Shown here one piece after another: positions 53,196 to 63,556 of a stretch of DNA of 64,000 nucleotides; position 1 is the first letter of the stretch; each line of letters starts with the position of its first letter. Both the position numbers and the translations under genes were made by a program. The notes below the pieces were generated by a model that was not told the DNA's origin, did no database searches, and worked only from the letters and a program-made list of their open reading frames with translations. The stretch covers positions 1,760,001 through 1,824,000 of the forward strand of contig OZ241867.1 in NCBI GenBank assembly GCA_965203175.1, given 5' to 3'. Origin of the DNA: Candidatus Latescibacterota bacterium (GTDB lineage: Bacteria; Latescibacterota; UBA2968; UBA8231).

Positions 53196-53468
53196 TTACC
53201 CTAACACGATATTGCATCTGCTCTTTGATGATCTTCCGCGATGTATGGTACATGGGACTTCATTTCTCTCCACAACTGTACGGGAATAGCGAGGATTTTC
53301 ATATTCAGTAAATACAGAATCTACTTTTTCGCCTAACCTTTCAAACAAACCTACAAGCCTGATTGGCACGTCGAACACATTGTAACGAAATAGCTCTGTT
53401 AGTTGATTGTGAGCTTGTTCAAAGTAAAGAGTGCTATTCGATGCTGGGAACATATGGGCTTTCGTAAT
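53196..53468 (-). pseudogene. 3' remnant of a BglII/BstYI-like restriction endonuclease
   Basis: FPASNSTLYFEQA..FDVPIRLVGL; convergent with the MTase; 5' end cut by the IS. Confidence 0.65.
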
Positions 53469-54628
53469 GGCGTTGTTGCATGAAAGCTGTGTTCGGGTCT
53501 TGAAATGAGTCAGGCTCTTCGGTTAGATTGGTTCGTGGTTTCCAGCAAGAAACACGTTCCTTTCTTCCCAAAGAGCCTGTGATGAGCAAAGTATCTGGCA
53601 GTTCGCCCTCGGTCAAGTCGCAACCGGTGTATCGGGTTAAGAATTGGTCGTCGTATAATCGGGCGTTGGTGGCTCGTGGTAGCCTGACGGTGTGGCTGGA
53701 CGATGGTCTGTGGAAGCAATGGTATGCTCAGGGGCCATCGCAACGGGGTGCTCAGTTTGTCTATTCGGATCCAGCGATTGAATGGATGTTGACGATGCGG
53801 GTGTTGCTTGGGTTGCCGTTGCGCCAGACGCAGGGGTTTATCCAATCGCTGTTGGACTTGATGGGGTTGGCCTTGGCCGTGCCGGACTACTCGACCTTGT
53901 CGCGTCGCCAAGGGGCCTTGGCGGTGGAGTTGCCGAAAAAGCAGCCCGATAGCCCGGCTAGCCCGATGCACTTGGTAGTGGATTCGACGGGTTTGAAAGT
54001 CTATGGCGAGGGCGAGAGGAAAGTCCGTCAACACGGCTGGACCAAACGGCGCACGTGGCGCAAACTGCATGTGGGGGTCAACGAGGCCACCGGCGAGGTG
54101 GTCGCGCAGACGTTGACGTCCCATCGGATCGATGATGCCTCGCAGGTGGCCCCTCTGTTGACCCAAGTCGACGAGGCGGTGGAGGCGGTAGGCGGCGATG
54201 GGGCCTATGACAAACAGAAGGTGTTCGACGCCTTGGCCACGCGGAGTGATCCCTCGATTCGGCCGATCATCGCACTGCGCAAAGACGCTACAATCCATCA
54301 GCATGGTAATTGTAAGGTCCCCCCGTTGGCGCGCGATGAAATCCTGCGGGCCATACGACGAAAGGGACGCAAGGAGTGGAAACAGGCCAGTGGCTATCAT
54401 CGACGCTCGTTGGCCGAAACGCAAATCTATCGCTATAAGCACCTCATCGGCGACAAGCTGAAGGCGCGTAGCTGGATCAACCAACAGGTCGAAAGTCGCC
54501 TCGGCTGTGCCCTCCTCAATCGAATGATCCATGTGGGCAAACCCCAGTCGTATCGAGTAGAAAAAATCAACTGAACAAAAAACAACATTCGACAATGATG
54601 CCCCAGATATGATTCATGCAACAACGCC
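53469..54628 (+). mobile_element. IS5 family element (IS903 group)
   Basis: 16-bp IR GGCGTTGTTGCATGAA; no flanking DR. Confidence 0.92.
53582..54574 (+). CDS. IS5/IS903 transposase
   Basis: NWSSYNRALVARGSL, DSTGLK, WRKLH, DGAYD, YHRRSLAET. Confidence 0.93.
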   Translation: MSKVSGSSPSVKSQPVYRVKNWSSYNRALVARGSLTVWLDDGLWKQWYAQGPSQRGAQFVYSDPAIEWMLTMRVLLGLPLRQTQGFIQSLLDLMGLALAVPDYSTLSRRQGALAVELPKKQPDSPASPMHLVVDSTGLKVYGEGERKVRQHGWTKRRTWRKLHVGVNEATGEVVAQTLTSHRIDDASQVAPLLTQVDEAVEAVGGDGAYDKQKVFDALATRSDPSIRPIIALRKDATIHQHGNCKVPPLARDEILRAIRRKGRKEWKQASGYHRRSLAETQIYRYKHLIGDKLKARSWINQQVESRLGCALLNRMIHVGKPQSYRVEKIN

Positions 54629-55683
54629 GTTGGGTTGTTGAATATCATGACCGAACTCATCTGAGCGGAGATACCTATATTCATCTCGGAAAGGTTGAAA
54701 TTGAGGAATGTACACCGGACGGAAACTGTTTTTTTAAGTTTTATCCTCAGTGCAGTGAACAACTTAAAAAATGTATCAATAAAGCATGGAAGTGCGTGAA
54801 AGGTAACTATGATGCGGGAAACGCGGCAAAAATTATCCTTGACCAGCTCGGCGAATCCATGGTCAGATTGGGGCTTTTGCAACCGCGTTTTGAAATAGGA
54901 GATCGTAAATTCATTACCGACCGCAAATTTGCCATTGTTGTTTTAGATACAAACGTCTTACGCGATGGGACTGTTCGCCATTTACAGGAGCAGTTCCACG
55001 AAACACAGATCTGGATTATCATTCCTACCGTCATTCTGATGGAAATTGGAGAAAACGTCGCAAATGTAGCGAATCAAGATAAGAGCGGATGCAAAAAAAA
55101 TAATAGTACCCTTATTAGGAGGCGTCCTCAAACGACAATTGCACCCCAAGCAGTAACGTGGATTAGAAACCGTTTTCCAACCGAGACCTTAGAACTCGCC
55201 CCGGAGTTGCTGAGGACTTTTCGTGGATATGAAACAAAGGAGACTGACAAAGAGCCAGACCGGATTTCTATCAATGATCGTTTAATTTTGGAGGGAATTA
55301 AGGACCTGCGACGTCAGCGTAATTTATCGGAGGGTGTTTATTTAATGTCTAGAGATAAGGCTATGTCTCGGCTTGCTCGGCTTGAAGGAATTCAGACAAT
55401 TTACCCTGATATTCCAGATATTCAAGAAGTTTGCGATGGCATCGATTCGATTCGATATTCACTTGAATCTCGAACCTATATGGTCTGTTCTATCCATCAT
55501 TTCTTGTGGGATTTAACCCATGTCTTTAGTAAGATTCGCGTCAGGAAGTGCTCAGAGGAGACGCAAAAGATCGAACAATTGGAACTTTCCTACTACTATC
55601 CAACTAAACTTGTAAACGATTGGGTTGACGATAAACTGGAGGTGACAGGCTTTGGATCCTGTTCTGCTGCCGAGACTTCTTGA
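54629..55683 (+). CDS. PIN domain protein, 5'-truncated by the IS
   Basis: VLDTN, IPTVILMEI, DRLILE, MSRD; the ORF-track ATG (54616) lies inside the IS IR. Confidence 0.75.
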
Positions 55684-56524
55684 CGTACTTGATCTATTGG
55701 AAACCAAATCTGTACCAGTTACAATAGATGATTTGAAAGTCAAGAAGGGTATGACAAAGAGACGCTTTGCAGAAATTGGGCGAGTACTCGAAGGCTTTCA
55801 AGTCGCACGCCGTGATGACGAGGCATTCGTGCCTTGTGCTGATCTGAAGACATTTGTGGCGTATTGGGAAGATGTCAATCTGGAGGGGATAAACGCCTTC
55901 TTTCGCCGCTACCCGCCTTATGATACGTTTTTGCGTTTTTTAAGGACAGAAAAGTGTATATGCGTCCCGTCCAAAACGGACACTGAAGCACGGCGTCAAA
56001 TGGGGAAACAGTTGAGGAGAGATAAAACCGGATTGACCTTTGTGGCGATTGACACTTTCAAATGGTGGAGAATGGTCGTTGGGGAGGTTTATCTATCTCA
56101 TATTGGTGATAGAAATATCTACTGGGGTGGCCAGAACCCTGATATTGATACTTTCGAGGGAAGTGTTCACTCCCATTACAGAGAGATTCGACCGATGGAC
56201 GGTTTTGCCAATGTTGGACAACTCGCCGACCGGGTCTGCCGTGAACTCCAGATTTCATTTATCCGGTTTGAGGAACTTTTTATCCAACTATGCCTGCAAA
56301 GACGTGATTATATGACATCTACCTCCCTTGTTCGTACACCTAGCAGTAAATCATCGGTCCAAACGCTTCTATCGAGGTCCCAGGCAAAACGAACCGGCTA
56401 TCCGATTGAGTGGACAGCCAAACGCTTTATGGAAGATGGTATATTCATCAATGGACGGAGCGTGAAAATGGTCAAATTCAAGTCGGTGGAGGTATTGGTT
56501 TATCAACAGGAGATGACTCAATGA
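55652..56524 (+). CDS. Hypothetical protein, possibly winged-helix
   Basis: 290-aa ORF overlapping both neighbours. Confidence 0.7.
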   Translation: MDPVLLPRLLDVLDLLETKSVPVTIDDLKVKKGMTKRRFAEIGRVLEGFQVARRDDEAFVPCADLKTFVAYWEDVNLEGINAFFRRYPPYDTFLRFLRTEKCICVPSKTDTEARRQMGKQLRRDKTGLTFVAIDTFKWWRMVVGEVYLSHIGDRNIYWGGQNPDIDTFEGSVHSHYREIRPMDGFANVGQLADRVCRELQISFIRFEELFIQLCLQRRDYMTSTSLVRTPSSKSSVQTLLSRSQAKRTGYPIEWTAKRFMEDGIFINGRSVKMVKFKSVEVLVYQQEMTQ

Positions 56525-57747
56525 GTAGTTCAAATCAGGATCTCACTCTCGATGGTTTACTTGAAGAGTTTAGTCAAGAAACACCCGAAAATCCATACGA
56601 AGAATTCTTCCTTTTATCGAATCCTTTTCCTACCCTTGGACAATTTTACGGAATTTGCGTCGATCAGGAGTCGGTAAAGGGAGAATTTACGCGAGTACTA
56701 AGAGATTTTTATCTCGACTCACAGTCACGGATCATGACGATGCTCGGCAGCACGGGTGCGGGCAAAACCAATCTGTTGCGGTTTTTGGAGCAAACACTTA
56801 AAAGCTGGCGAGAACCTAGTAGCGAAAAGAAGGCGGTTACCGACCTGTTTACGGTCTTCGTTGAGCAACCACAAGGGAGTTATCTGGAGATACACCGCCA
56901 AATCATCAGTCAACTCGGAGCTCTGTTTTTCACAGAGTTTTTTTTAGCTGTCCGACGACGTAATATCAATATGTCTAAACTTCCTGCCGAATTACCCGGG
57001 ACAAACCCAGAGTTGATTCGGGCACTGGTTCACATTGCCCAGAGAACTTCCGGTCAATTATCTTTACAGGAGATCTCAGATCAGAATTCCATCTCGCGCG
57101 AACCGCAATCATATCGGATACTGGGAGAATGGCTACAGGGTGTAAAACTTTCCGCTGCCGAAAAAAGGCAGTTAGGTAATGTTTCGGCCGAGGTTAATAA
57201 GTCCTCTACAGTCGCAATTAAATTTCTGTCCGACCTTATCAAAATCTTTTTGCACGTCGGGCTTTTTAAGGGGATAGTTATACTCATTGATGAGTTTGAA
57301 GAGGTGTTTTCAGGTCTACCCGCAACTAGTCAAGGGCAATATGCCCAAGATTTGCGAAATCTGTTTGATAGCCATTCTAAAGGCGTTGTTTTTGTTGTCG
57401 CGACTACTCCGATTGCAGAACGGCTTCAGCAGATTTCGCCTGCGCTCCAGCGTCGGTTGGGAGAAGGCGTTCAGATAGAGCCGATTTCTGACGAGGACAC
57501 CGCCCTAGAGTATGCACAGGCTTACATTCAGTGGGGGCGAGATGGGTTTAAAGAAAAAACAGAGAGAGATGTCCGTTTGCCTGAGGATTGTCCGGATGTG
57601 GATGAACCTTACTATCCACTGACCGAAGCTAAGGTCAAAGAAGTTTACAACGGCTTAAAGGATACCTACAAGACTGAAAATGTCATTCCCGGTGACCTGC
57701 TCCCAGAGCTGAATCTTTCACTTTATAAGCGAGTGTATGGTGAGTAG
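56521..57747 (+). CDS. AAA+/P-loop ATPase
   Basis: NPF motif, Walker A GSTGAGKT, Walker B ILIDEFE, ALQRR; ATGA overlap. Confidence 0.85.
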   Translation: MSSSNQDLTLDGLLEEFSQETPENPYEEFFLLSNPFPTLGQFYGICVDQESVKGEFTRVLRDFYLDSQSRIMTMLGSTGAGKTNLLRFLEQTLKSWREPSSEKKAVTDLFTVFVEQPQGSYLEIHRQIISQLGALFFTEFFLAVRRRNINMSKLPAELPGTNPELIRALVHIAQRTSGQLSLQEISDQNSISREPQSYRILGEWLQGVKLSAAEKRQLGNVSAEVNKSSTVAIKFLSDLIKIFLHVGLFKGIVILIDEFEEVFSGLPATSQGQYAQDLRNLFDSHSKGVVFVVATTPIAERLQQISPALQRRLGEGVQIEPISDEDTALEYAQAYIQWGRDGFKEKTERDVRLPEDCPDVDEPYYPLTEAKVKEVYNGLKDTYKTENVIPGDLLPELNLSLYKRVYGE

Positions 57748-58219
57748 TAAACTCCTACTCAATAACTATAGCTTCGGAAAGATCTATCTGAAAGCATTTG
57801 AGGACACCCAAGATATGATTATAGCCCGTACGGGACCTGATTGCTTATGGTTAGATCTAGATAGGGGGACAGGCTCAACTAAAAAAATGGCTTTGGGGAG
57901 AAATCCACACACTCTTGCCAAGAAGAACTTAAGAAGCCTTTTCAAAACTAGGGTTTCGATCTCTCAAGCGGCTCAAAGCGTCTGATACTGGGTCATCTGA
58001 CCCTATGAAAAACGCTTGGTGCCAAGGTACTTTATCCCCTCGCAAAGCGGCCCGATGAGGGTTTTAAAAAGGCTTCTAATGAAAAGCAAGCTAAGTAAAG
58101 CCATTCCAACAAGTTGAGAATCTCTGAAAGAAGAAGTTGTTAAGAAGGAATATCTTTTACTAAAAAGAGGTCGAGAAGGCTAGATTCGATATTTTGTCTC
58201 TATATACCGCATACCGCGT
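57737..58219 (+). pseudogene. Probable decayed gene between ATPase and TGT
   Basis: 82-aa ORF overlapping the ATPase stop, then stop-interrupted coding-like sequence. Confidence 0.4.
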
Positions 58220-59455
58220 ATGCGAGAACGGATAAAACGGATTGTCGAAAGTTGGCTAATGAATCAGAATGAGAAACAAAATCCGATTTTTTTAAAGCCG
58301 TTGGAGACCCCCAATCTCTTTGCTAGCTATCGCATACACGATTACCCGCGTGCTGGTTTACGTTGCCACCCGTGGAAGATGACCGATACTCAAGCGATTC
58401 TGCTCAATGCCTTTGATTTACTAGCGAATAGGCGAACGCATAAGTTCACTCCGGAAATTCGCAAAGCGGAAGGAAAACTTCACGAGTACGTCGAATTTGA
58501 TGGCCCGCTGATTCTGGATTCAGGTGCCTTCAACTTCCTACAACAAGCTGAAATCAGCATTACACCACGTGATGTTCTTTCAATTGGAATTGAGTTAAGA
58601 GCTGATATGGTTGTTGCTCTTGATCATCCCTTTCTGCCCAAATCCGATCTCGAAGAAGTGAATGTTCGGTGGTCAAATACTGTATCGAATACCCGTAAGA
58701 TGTTTGAGTCGTTAGAGAAGTTCGATTCCTCGCTTCTCCCTAGTGGGTTTAAACTCATACCTGTTCTTCACGGCCATGATACACAAACACTTTCGAGAGC
58801 TCTCGATGATATTGTCAATATATGGGGCCAAGAGCCTGACATCGTTGGTATCGGGAGTTTAGCACCGCTTGCTCGCAATGGAAGTAAGCGTACAGTAGTC
58901 GATATCATTCTCACGGCACGAAAACTTCTTCCCAATGCTCATATTCATTGTTTTTCCTTGGGTTCTGCCCTGCTGATGCTATTCGCATTTTACTGTGGTG
59001 CTGATACGGTTGATTCGCAGACTTGGATCATGAGTGCCGCCTTTAAACAAGTGCAACTGCCCGGCTTTCACTTGACCCGCTTTTCTCGTCTTGAAGCAGA
59101 AAAAGCCCCCGCCAAATATGAACAGACCCGTCATGCTTTTGCTCAGCATTTATTGCGATTGATTGATGAAGAGGGATTTGCTACGAAAAACTGGGATACC
59201 GAAGAAATTTGGCCAATCTGTGATCAGGAGGCCGCGCTTTCTTACCTAGGCTATCTTGAAGACTGTGATGGGATAAACCATGTTCATCGCCGGGCATGTC
59301 ATAATCTATACTCATTCAATTTTGAGGCGGGTCGAGTACGCCAAGAAAAGAGGGCAGGTACGCTCGAAACCTTTATTCACAGTCGAATGAAAAGTACTGT
59401 CTATCGAAAGGTGTTTGATTACGCAATTGATGAAAAGATGAAATCTTACAAATGA
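58220..59455 (+). CDS. tRNA-guanine transglycosylase-like (TGT/DpdA-like) protein
   Basis: LDSGAF, ALDHP, PVLHG, GIGSL, HCFSLG, DTVDS, HNL; start may be 58259. Confidence 0.8.
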   Translation: MRERIKRIVESWLMNQNEKQNPIFLKPLETPNLFASYRIHDYPRAGLRCHPWKMTDTQAILLNAFDLLANRRTHKFTPEIRKAEGKLHEYVEFDGPLILDSGAFNFLQQAEISITPRDVLSIGIELRADMVVALDHPFLPKSDLEEVNVRWSNTVSNTRKMFESLEKFDSSLLPSGFKLIPVLHGHDTQTLSRALDDIVNIWGQEPDIVGIGSLAPLARNGSKRTVVDIILTARKLLPNAHIHCFSLGSALLMLFAFYCGADTVDSQTWIMSAAFKQVQLPGFHLTRFSRLEAEKAPAKYEQTRHAFAQHLLRLIDEEGFATKNWDTEEIWPICDQEAALSYLGYLEDCDGINHVHRRACHNLYSFNFEAGRVRQEKRAGTLETFIHSRMKSTVYRKVFDYAIDEKMKSYK

Positions 59456-59567
59456 AGATCCTGGGATTCACTCGTATCTTTTGCTGTTTTCCTATGAGAA
59501 TCACCTCTATCTACAAGATGACACGCAGCTTCTCAGACGATAAAGTTGACCAACCCAAGGAGAGAAT

Positions 59568-59999
59568 ATGATCCTAAGAAAGCTGTTGTTCGGCCCGGCC
59601 CCCTCGGTCGGCGTTGGCTATTCACTGGGGCTGCTGCTGTTACGGGTGTCCGTCGGCGGCATGATGTTGCTCGCCCACGGCTGGGGGAAATTGACTGGTT
59701 TTGCGGAGCGTTCCTCCTCGTTTCCCGATCCATTAGGCGTCGGCTCGTCGCTGAGCATGGCCTTGGCTACCGGAGCCGAAGCATTTTGCGCCCTAGCGGT
59801 GATTTTGGGACTCGCTACCCGCTGGGCTGTCGTGCCGCTCATGGTCACCATGGCAGTGGCCGCGCTTATCATACACGGGGACGACCCGTGGGCAAAAAAG
59901 GAATTCGCCCTATTGTACTTTTTCCCCTTTGCCACGTTGTTTCTAACAGGTGCGGGACGCTACTCTTTCGACGCCTCCTTGCGGCGTGGGGGGCGCTAA
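59568..59999 (+). CDS. DoxX family membrane protein
   Basis: LLLRV..HGWGKL, LGLATR, GAGRYSFD. Confidence 0.9.
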   Translation: MILRKLLFGPAPSVGVGYSLGLLLLRVSVGGMMLLAHGWGKLTGFAERSSSFPDPLGVGSSLSMALATGAEAFCALAVILGLATRWAVVPLMVTMAVAALIIHGDDPWAKKEFALLYFFPFATLFLTGAGRYSFDASLRRGGR

Positions 60000-60001
60000 G
60001 T

Positions 60002-61189
60002 CTACAGAATGTCGGGCGATTGTGGATCGATGCAGGCCCCGGTGGGCCGCGGCCCCTGTGGCCGCTGCGGCATCTGGTCGTAGGACTGATAAGCGATGTC
60101 TAGGTAAGGCGTATCGACGCGGCGGTGCCCTTCGTGGCGCGAAATCATCGCCGCGTCAATAACCCCAGTCGTCAGCAAGGTGCGCTCGGGCGGGTACGGG
60201 GCCTGACCCGTTTTGAAAAACTGCTGGATGTTGCGGCACAGATAGCCGAAATGGGCAAACGGCCCCTCGTTCTGCAAGTAGAACTCCGTGGCCTGCACCT
60301 GCCCTCCTATCCGCGCGGCATAGGCGAAGTCGCTGACATAGCCGCTGAGCATCAATGTCGCCGTGCGCAAGCCGTCGCGGTGTTCCATGAGGAAAACGGC
60401 CGGCTCTTTGGTATGCTCCTCCATCGGCCCATCCGGCTTTTTGGCGATAGCACCGCAAGCGGCCTCGGCCAGCTCCCCAGACCACAGCCCCTCGTCGCGG
60501 GCGCTCCACACGTCGTCCCCTTCGAGGCACTGCACCCACGCCACTCCCCGTTCGCCGCCGCTGCGTCGCTCGACCATACACTGCAACGTCTCTAAGGCGT
60601 GGTACCCGTATGCCTCAATGCCGCCGTAGCCGATGGACAGGGCTTCTTCAATGGGCGTCTCCTTGGGGTGTTCCAGCCAAGGCGAGCGCCAAGACAAGGG
60701 TAGCGACGACCCGGCCATCAGCGGGATGTCCAGTTCTTCTGCCCGATCCCACATCCACTGAGCGTCCCTAAAGTCATACGCCAAATGCTTGTCTGAAAAC
60801 ACGGGCACCGAGCGGCCGCTCTCGGCAAAGACGCCGGCGATTTGCTCGAAGAAATAGCGGCGCGGGTACATGTGGCGGCCCCGCTCGTTCCAGGGGTAAT
60901 CGCCGTGCTCGCCGATGAGCAGCACTGCATCTACATTGAGCCGGTCGGCACCAGCGTGCAGGGCGCGGCGGATGCTGGGATAGATGGGGACCCCGTACTC
61001 TTGGGCCAAGCCCACGCCGATATCGTTTTCCAGCACGTGGTCGATGTACAGGGATACTAGGTCCACTTCCGGGGGCATCAGGCCCTCATCTATGGACATG
61101 CCCTTCATAAACTTGGTGGCAATGACGTCGGCATGGGATTTGGGATAGTAGATGGTGGCGATGGCGGCTACGCGCAAGCGGTCGCTCAT
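60002..61189 (-). CDS. Conserved hypothetical protein (oxidoreductase-like)
   Basis: SHADVI, IGEHGDYP, DKHL, MAGSSLP, YGYHALE, PPERTLL. Confidence 0.75.
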   Translation of the reverse strand: MSDRLRVAAIATIYYPKSHADVIATKFMKGMSIDEGLMPPEVDLVSLYIDHVLENDIGVGLAQEYGVPIYPSIRRALHAGADRLNVDAVLLIGEHGDYPWNERGRHMYPRRYFFEQIAGVFAESGRSVPVFSDKHLAYDFRDAQWMWDRAEELDIPLMAGSSLPLSWRSPWLEHPKETPIEEALSIGYGGIEAYGYHALETLQCMVERRSGGERGVAWVQCLEGDDVWSARDEGLWSGELAEAACGAIAKKPDGPMEEHTKEPAVFLMEHRDGLRTATLMLSGYVSDFAYAARIGGQVQATEFYLQNEGPFAHFGYLCRNIQQFFKTGQAPYPPERTLLTTGVIDAAMISRHEGHRRVDTPYLDIAYQSYDQMPQRPQGPRPTGACIDPQSPDIL

Positions 61190-61297
61190 GGACAAACTCC
61201 TATAGCGAAGACGCACATACTCCTGTGCGCCGCAGACAGTGGACGGTGGTATTGTAATGTTTTGAGTCGGGTGTTGCCATGCCGAAACGAAAAGTGC

Positions 61298-62116
61298 TCA
61301 GGCCGCCCAGCATCCCTCCGTATAAGGCTCGCGGAGGAAGAGTTTTTTGCGTTGGGGACTGGCGCGCGCGATCCACTCGGGCGGGATATCCTGCGTATAG
61401 CGATGCGGCGGCCCGGCTTCTTTGAAGATGTCGATGTTGAAGATGCGATAGGGCTGGGGAGAGTCCGCGGGTTTGGCTTCGACGGCGTGGAAAATCCGAG
61501 CGTTGATATAGACCATGCTGCCCGGAGGCACTGCGAGCCGCACCTCTTTTAGCTCGCGTCCAGCTTCTGCGTCGTATGCTCCGGCTAGCATGCGCTCAGG
61601 CGTGGCCTCGGCGGTCGGGGCGACGAGGTGGCTGCCGGGAATGACCTTGAGGTTGCGGTCGCCGAGTGTGAAGCCATTGGGATAGTAGAGAATTTGGACG
61701 TAGTACTTGTTGCGCTCGGCGAGGTTGACGGGGTTTTCGTGCTTCCAGTGGTGGTGATCTTGGTGAAAGGGAATGGGGCCTATGCCGCGCGGGGCGAGGT
61801 TGAGGGCGGAGTGGCAAAAGTGGTAGTTGGGGCCGATGGTGGCTTGCAGCAGCGCGATGATGAAGGGGTCGTCGATGAGGCGGTCGCCGCACGGGCCGCG
61901 GTCGTTCCAAGGGCGGACGAAATAGGACTGGGGCGCGGCGGATTTTTCGTCCAAGGCGTCGAGGTAGCCGCGCACCGAATCGAGGCCGAGGATTTCGTTG
62001 GTTAGGCTGCGCCGTGTCTCGTCTTTGAGTACGTCTGGGTAGAAGATGTAGCCGTCTTGGTGGAAGGAGTCCAAGTCGGCTGCGGAGGGAGCTTGGAGGC
62101 GAAATAGTGAGTTCAT
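61298..62116 (-). CDS. PhyH family dioxygenase
   Basis: FHQDGY, HQD, IPGSH, FHAV. Confidence 0.8.
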   Translation of the reverse strand: MNSLFRLQAPSAADLDSFHQDGYIFYPDVLKDETRRSLTNEILGLDSVRGYLDALDEKSAAPQSYFVRPWNDRGPCGDRLIDDPFIIALLQATIGPNYHFCHSALNLAPRGIGPIPFHQDHHHWKHENPVNLAERNKYYVQILYYPNGFTLGDRNLKVIPGSHLVAPTAEATPERMLAGAYDAEAGRELKEVRLAVPPGSMVYINARIFHAVEAKPADSPQPYRIFNIDIFKEAGPPHRYTQDIPPEWIARASPQRKKLFLREPYTEGCWAA

Positions 62117-63393
62117 GGCGATTCCTTTGAGGGTGTCGTCGGCTTTTCCGCTTGTCCAAAAGAGGGCAGCGCGAAGACGGCCCGCCAGCCTAGCCGGTTT
62201 AGACGCAAGTAATAAGAGGCCGTCAGCACGCCCCACAACGCATACGCGAGCGAAGTAGATAAGGCGGCACCGCGCAGCCCGAGCTTGGGGATCAACCATA
62301 GATTCAGGGCCACATTGACCGCCAAAGCGATACTGGGTGCCCACAGGGTCATGGAGGGATAGCCCTCGCCCATTAGCTTGGCGTTGAACACGGCTCCGAA
62401 GCCCAAAAACAACATGCCGGGCAGCAGCCAAACAAGAGGCTCGTACGCATCTGGATACAAGGGAAAGAAAACGCTCAGCAGTAGACGTCCGCCGAAGATC
62501 AAGACAACCGCCGAAAGCAGGGAGAAGACAAAGATGCCTTGGCCCACGCCCAAGGAGAGCCGCGTGTCGTCTTGCCCGCGCACTATTTTGGCGAGCAGGA
62601 TGACCGAGGCGATGTTGGCGACGCGCTGCACCATGTCCGTAAAGTTCGTCGCCACCCCATACACGCCCACCTCCTTCTCGCCCAAAAAGCGCTCTATTAA
62701 AAAGAGGTCGCTCTTGAGCAGCAAAAACATGAGCACCAAGCAGACCTCGCCACGCGAACCAATGCGAAGCATTTGCCCAAGCGCGCGTCGCCCTCCCCAC
62801 CGAAAGCGGAATCCTCGGTACAAGAATAGGGCAAAGATCGCCAAGCCCGTTATCCCTATTGCTCCTACCCACACCCCCATCACCCGTTCCAACTCGAGAT
62901 GCCCTAGCTGGGAAAGGACTAGATTGCCGCCGAGATAGATGGCGATGAAGACTACGGGCAGCAGTGCGTAGGGCTTGAGCCGATCTTCGCCTAAAAAGAC
63001 GGACAAACCCGCCCTTTGTAGCACGGTGAATGCAATCACGCAAACGCCCAAGATCCATTGGGCTAGGGTGATACTGGGCACGAAAACCTTTGCAAGTGCC
63101 AAGCTAAAAGGGGCCGTTAGCAACAGGAAGGCACCCAAGACGAGGCAATACAACAAGGTGTGGTTGATCGCGGCCTCCCGCTCTCGCTCGCGTCCCACGA
63201 CGTAAATGTTCCCCTTGCTGAGCCACTCTCCTAAGAACAAGACGCCCAGCATGACGAGCGCGGCCCATAGCCTTAGGGTGCCATAGTGCTCCGGTCCTAG
63301 CTGATCGGCCAGCAGGACCGAGTTCACAAAGCCCAAAGAAAAGACCAGAAAGGAGCAGGTTGTGTTGAGCGAGAAGCCGCGGAAAAAGTTCAT
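62113..63393 (-). CDS. Oligosaccharide flippase / polysaccharide export membrane protein
   Basis: About 12 TM segments, LGPEHYG, VGVYGVA, LIPKLGLRGAALST. Confidence 0.85.
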   Translation of the reverse strand: MNFFRGFSLNTTCSFLVFSLGFVNSVLLADQLGPEHYGTLRLWAALVMLGVLFLGEWLSKGNIYVVGREREREAAINHTLLYCLVLGAFLLLTAPFSLALAKVFVPSITLAQWILGVCVIAFTVLQRAGLSVFLGEDRLKPYALLPVVFIAIYLGGNLVLSQLGHLELERVMGVWVGAIGITGLAIFALFLYRGFRFRWGGRRALGQMLRIGSRGEVCLVLMFLLLKSDLFLIERFLGEKEVGVYGVATNFTDMVQRVANIASVILLAKIVRGQDDTRLSLGVGQGIFVFSLLSAVVLIFGGRLLLSVFFPLYPDAYEPLVWLLPGMLFLGFGAVFNAKLMGEGYPSMTLWAPSIALAVNVALNLWLIPKLGLRGAALSTSLAYALWGVLTASYYLRLNRLGWRAVFALPSFGQAEKPTTPSKESP

Positions 63394-63556
63394 TGAAATG
63401 GATGGAGAGCACTAAAGCGGCGACGGAGACGGTCGGTGCTTATCAAGCGAAAACCTAGGGCATGGTGGCGCATCCGTCTTGGTGGAAAGATTCTAGGTCG
63501 GCCAGAGAGAGGCATCAAGGTGGAATAGCAAATTCATGCGCGCGGTCCTTCCATCA

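Noticed and set aside
61298-63058. 586-aa ORF
   Set aside because: Only the last 272 aa (PhyH) are real; the rest overlaps the flippase gene out of frame
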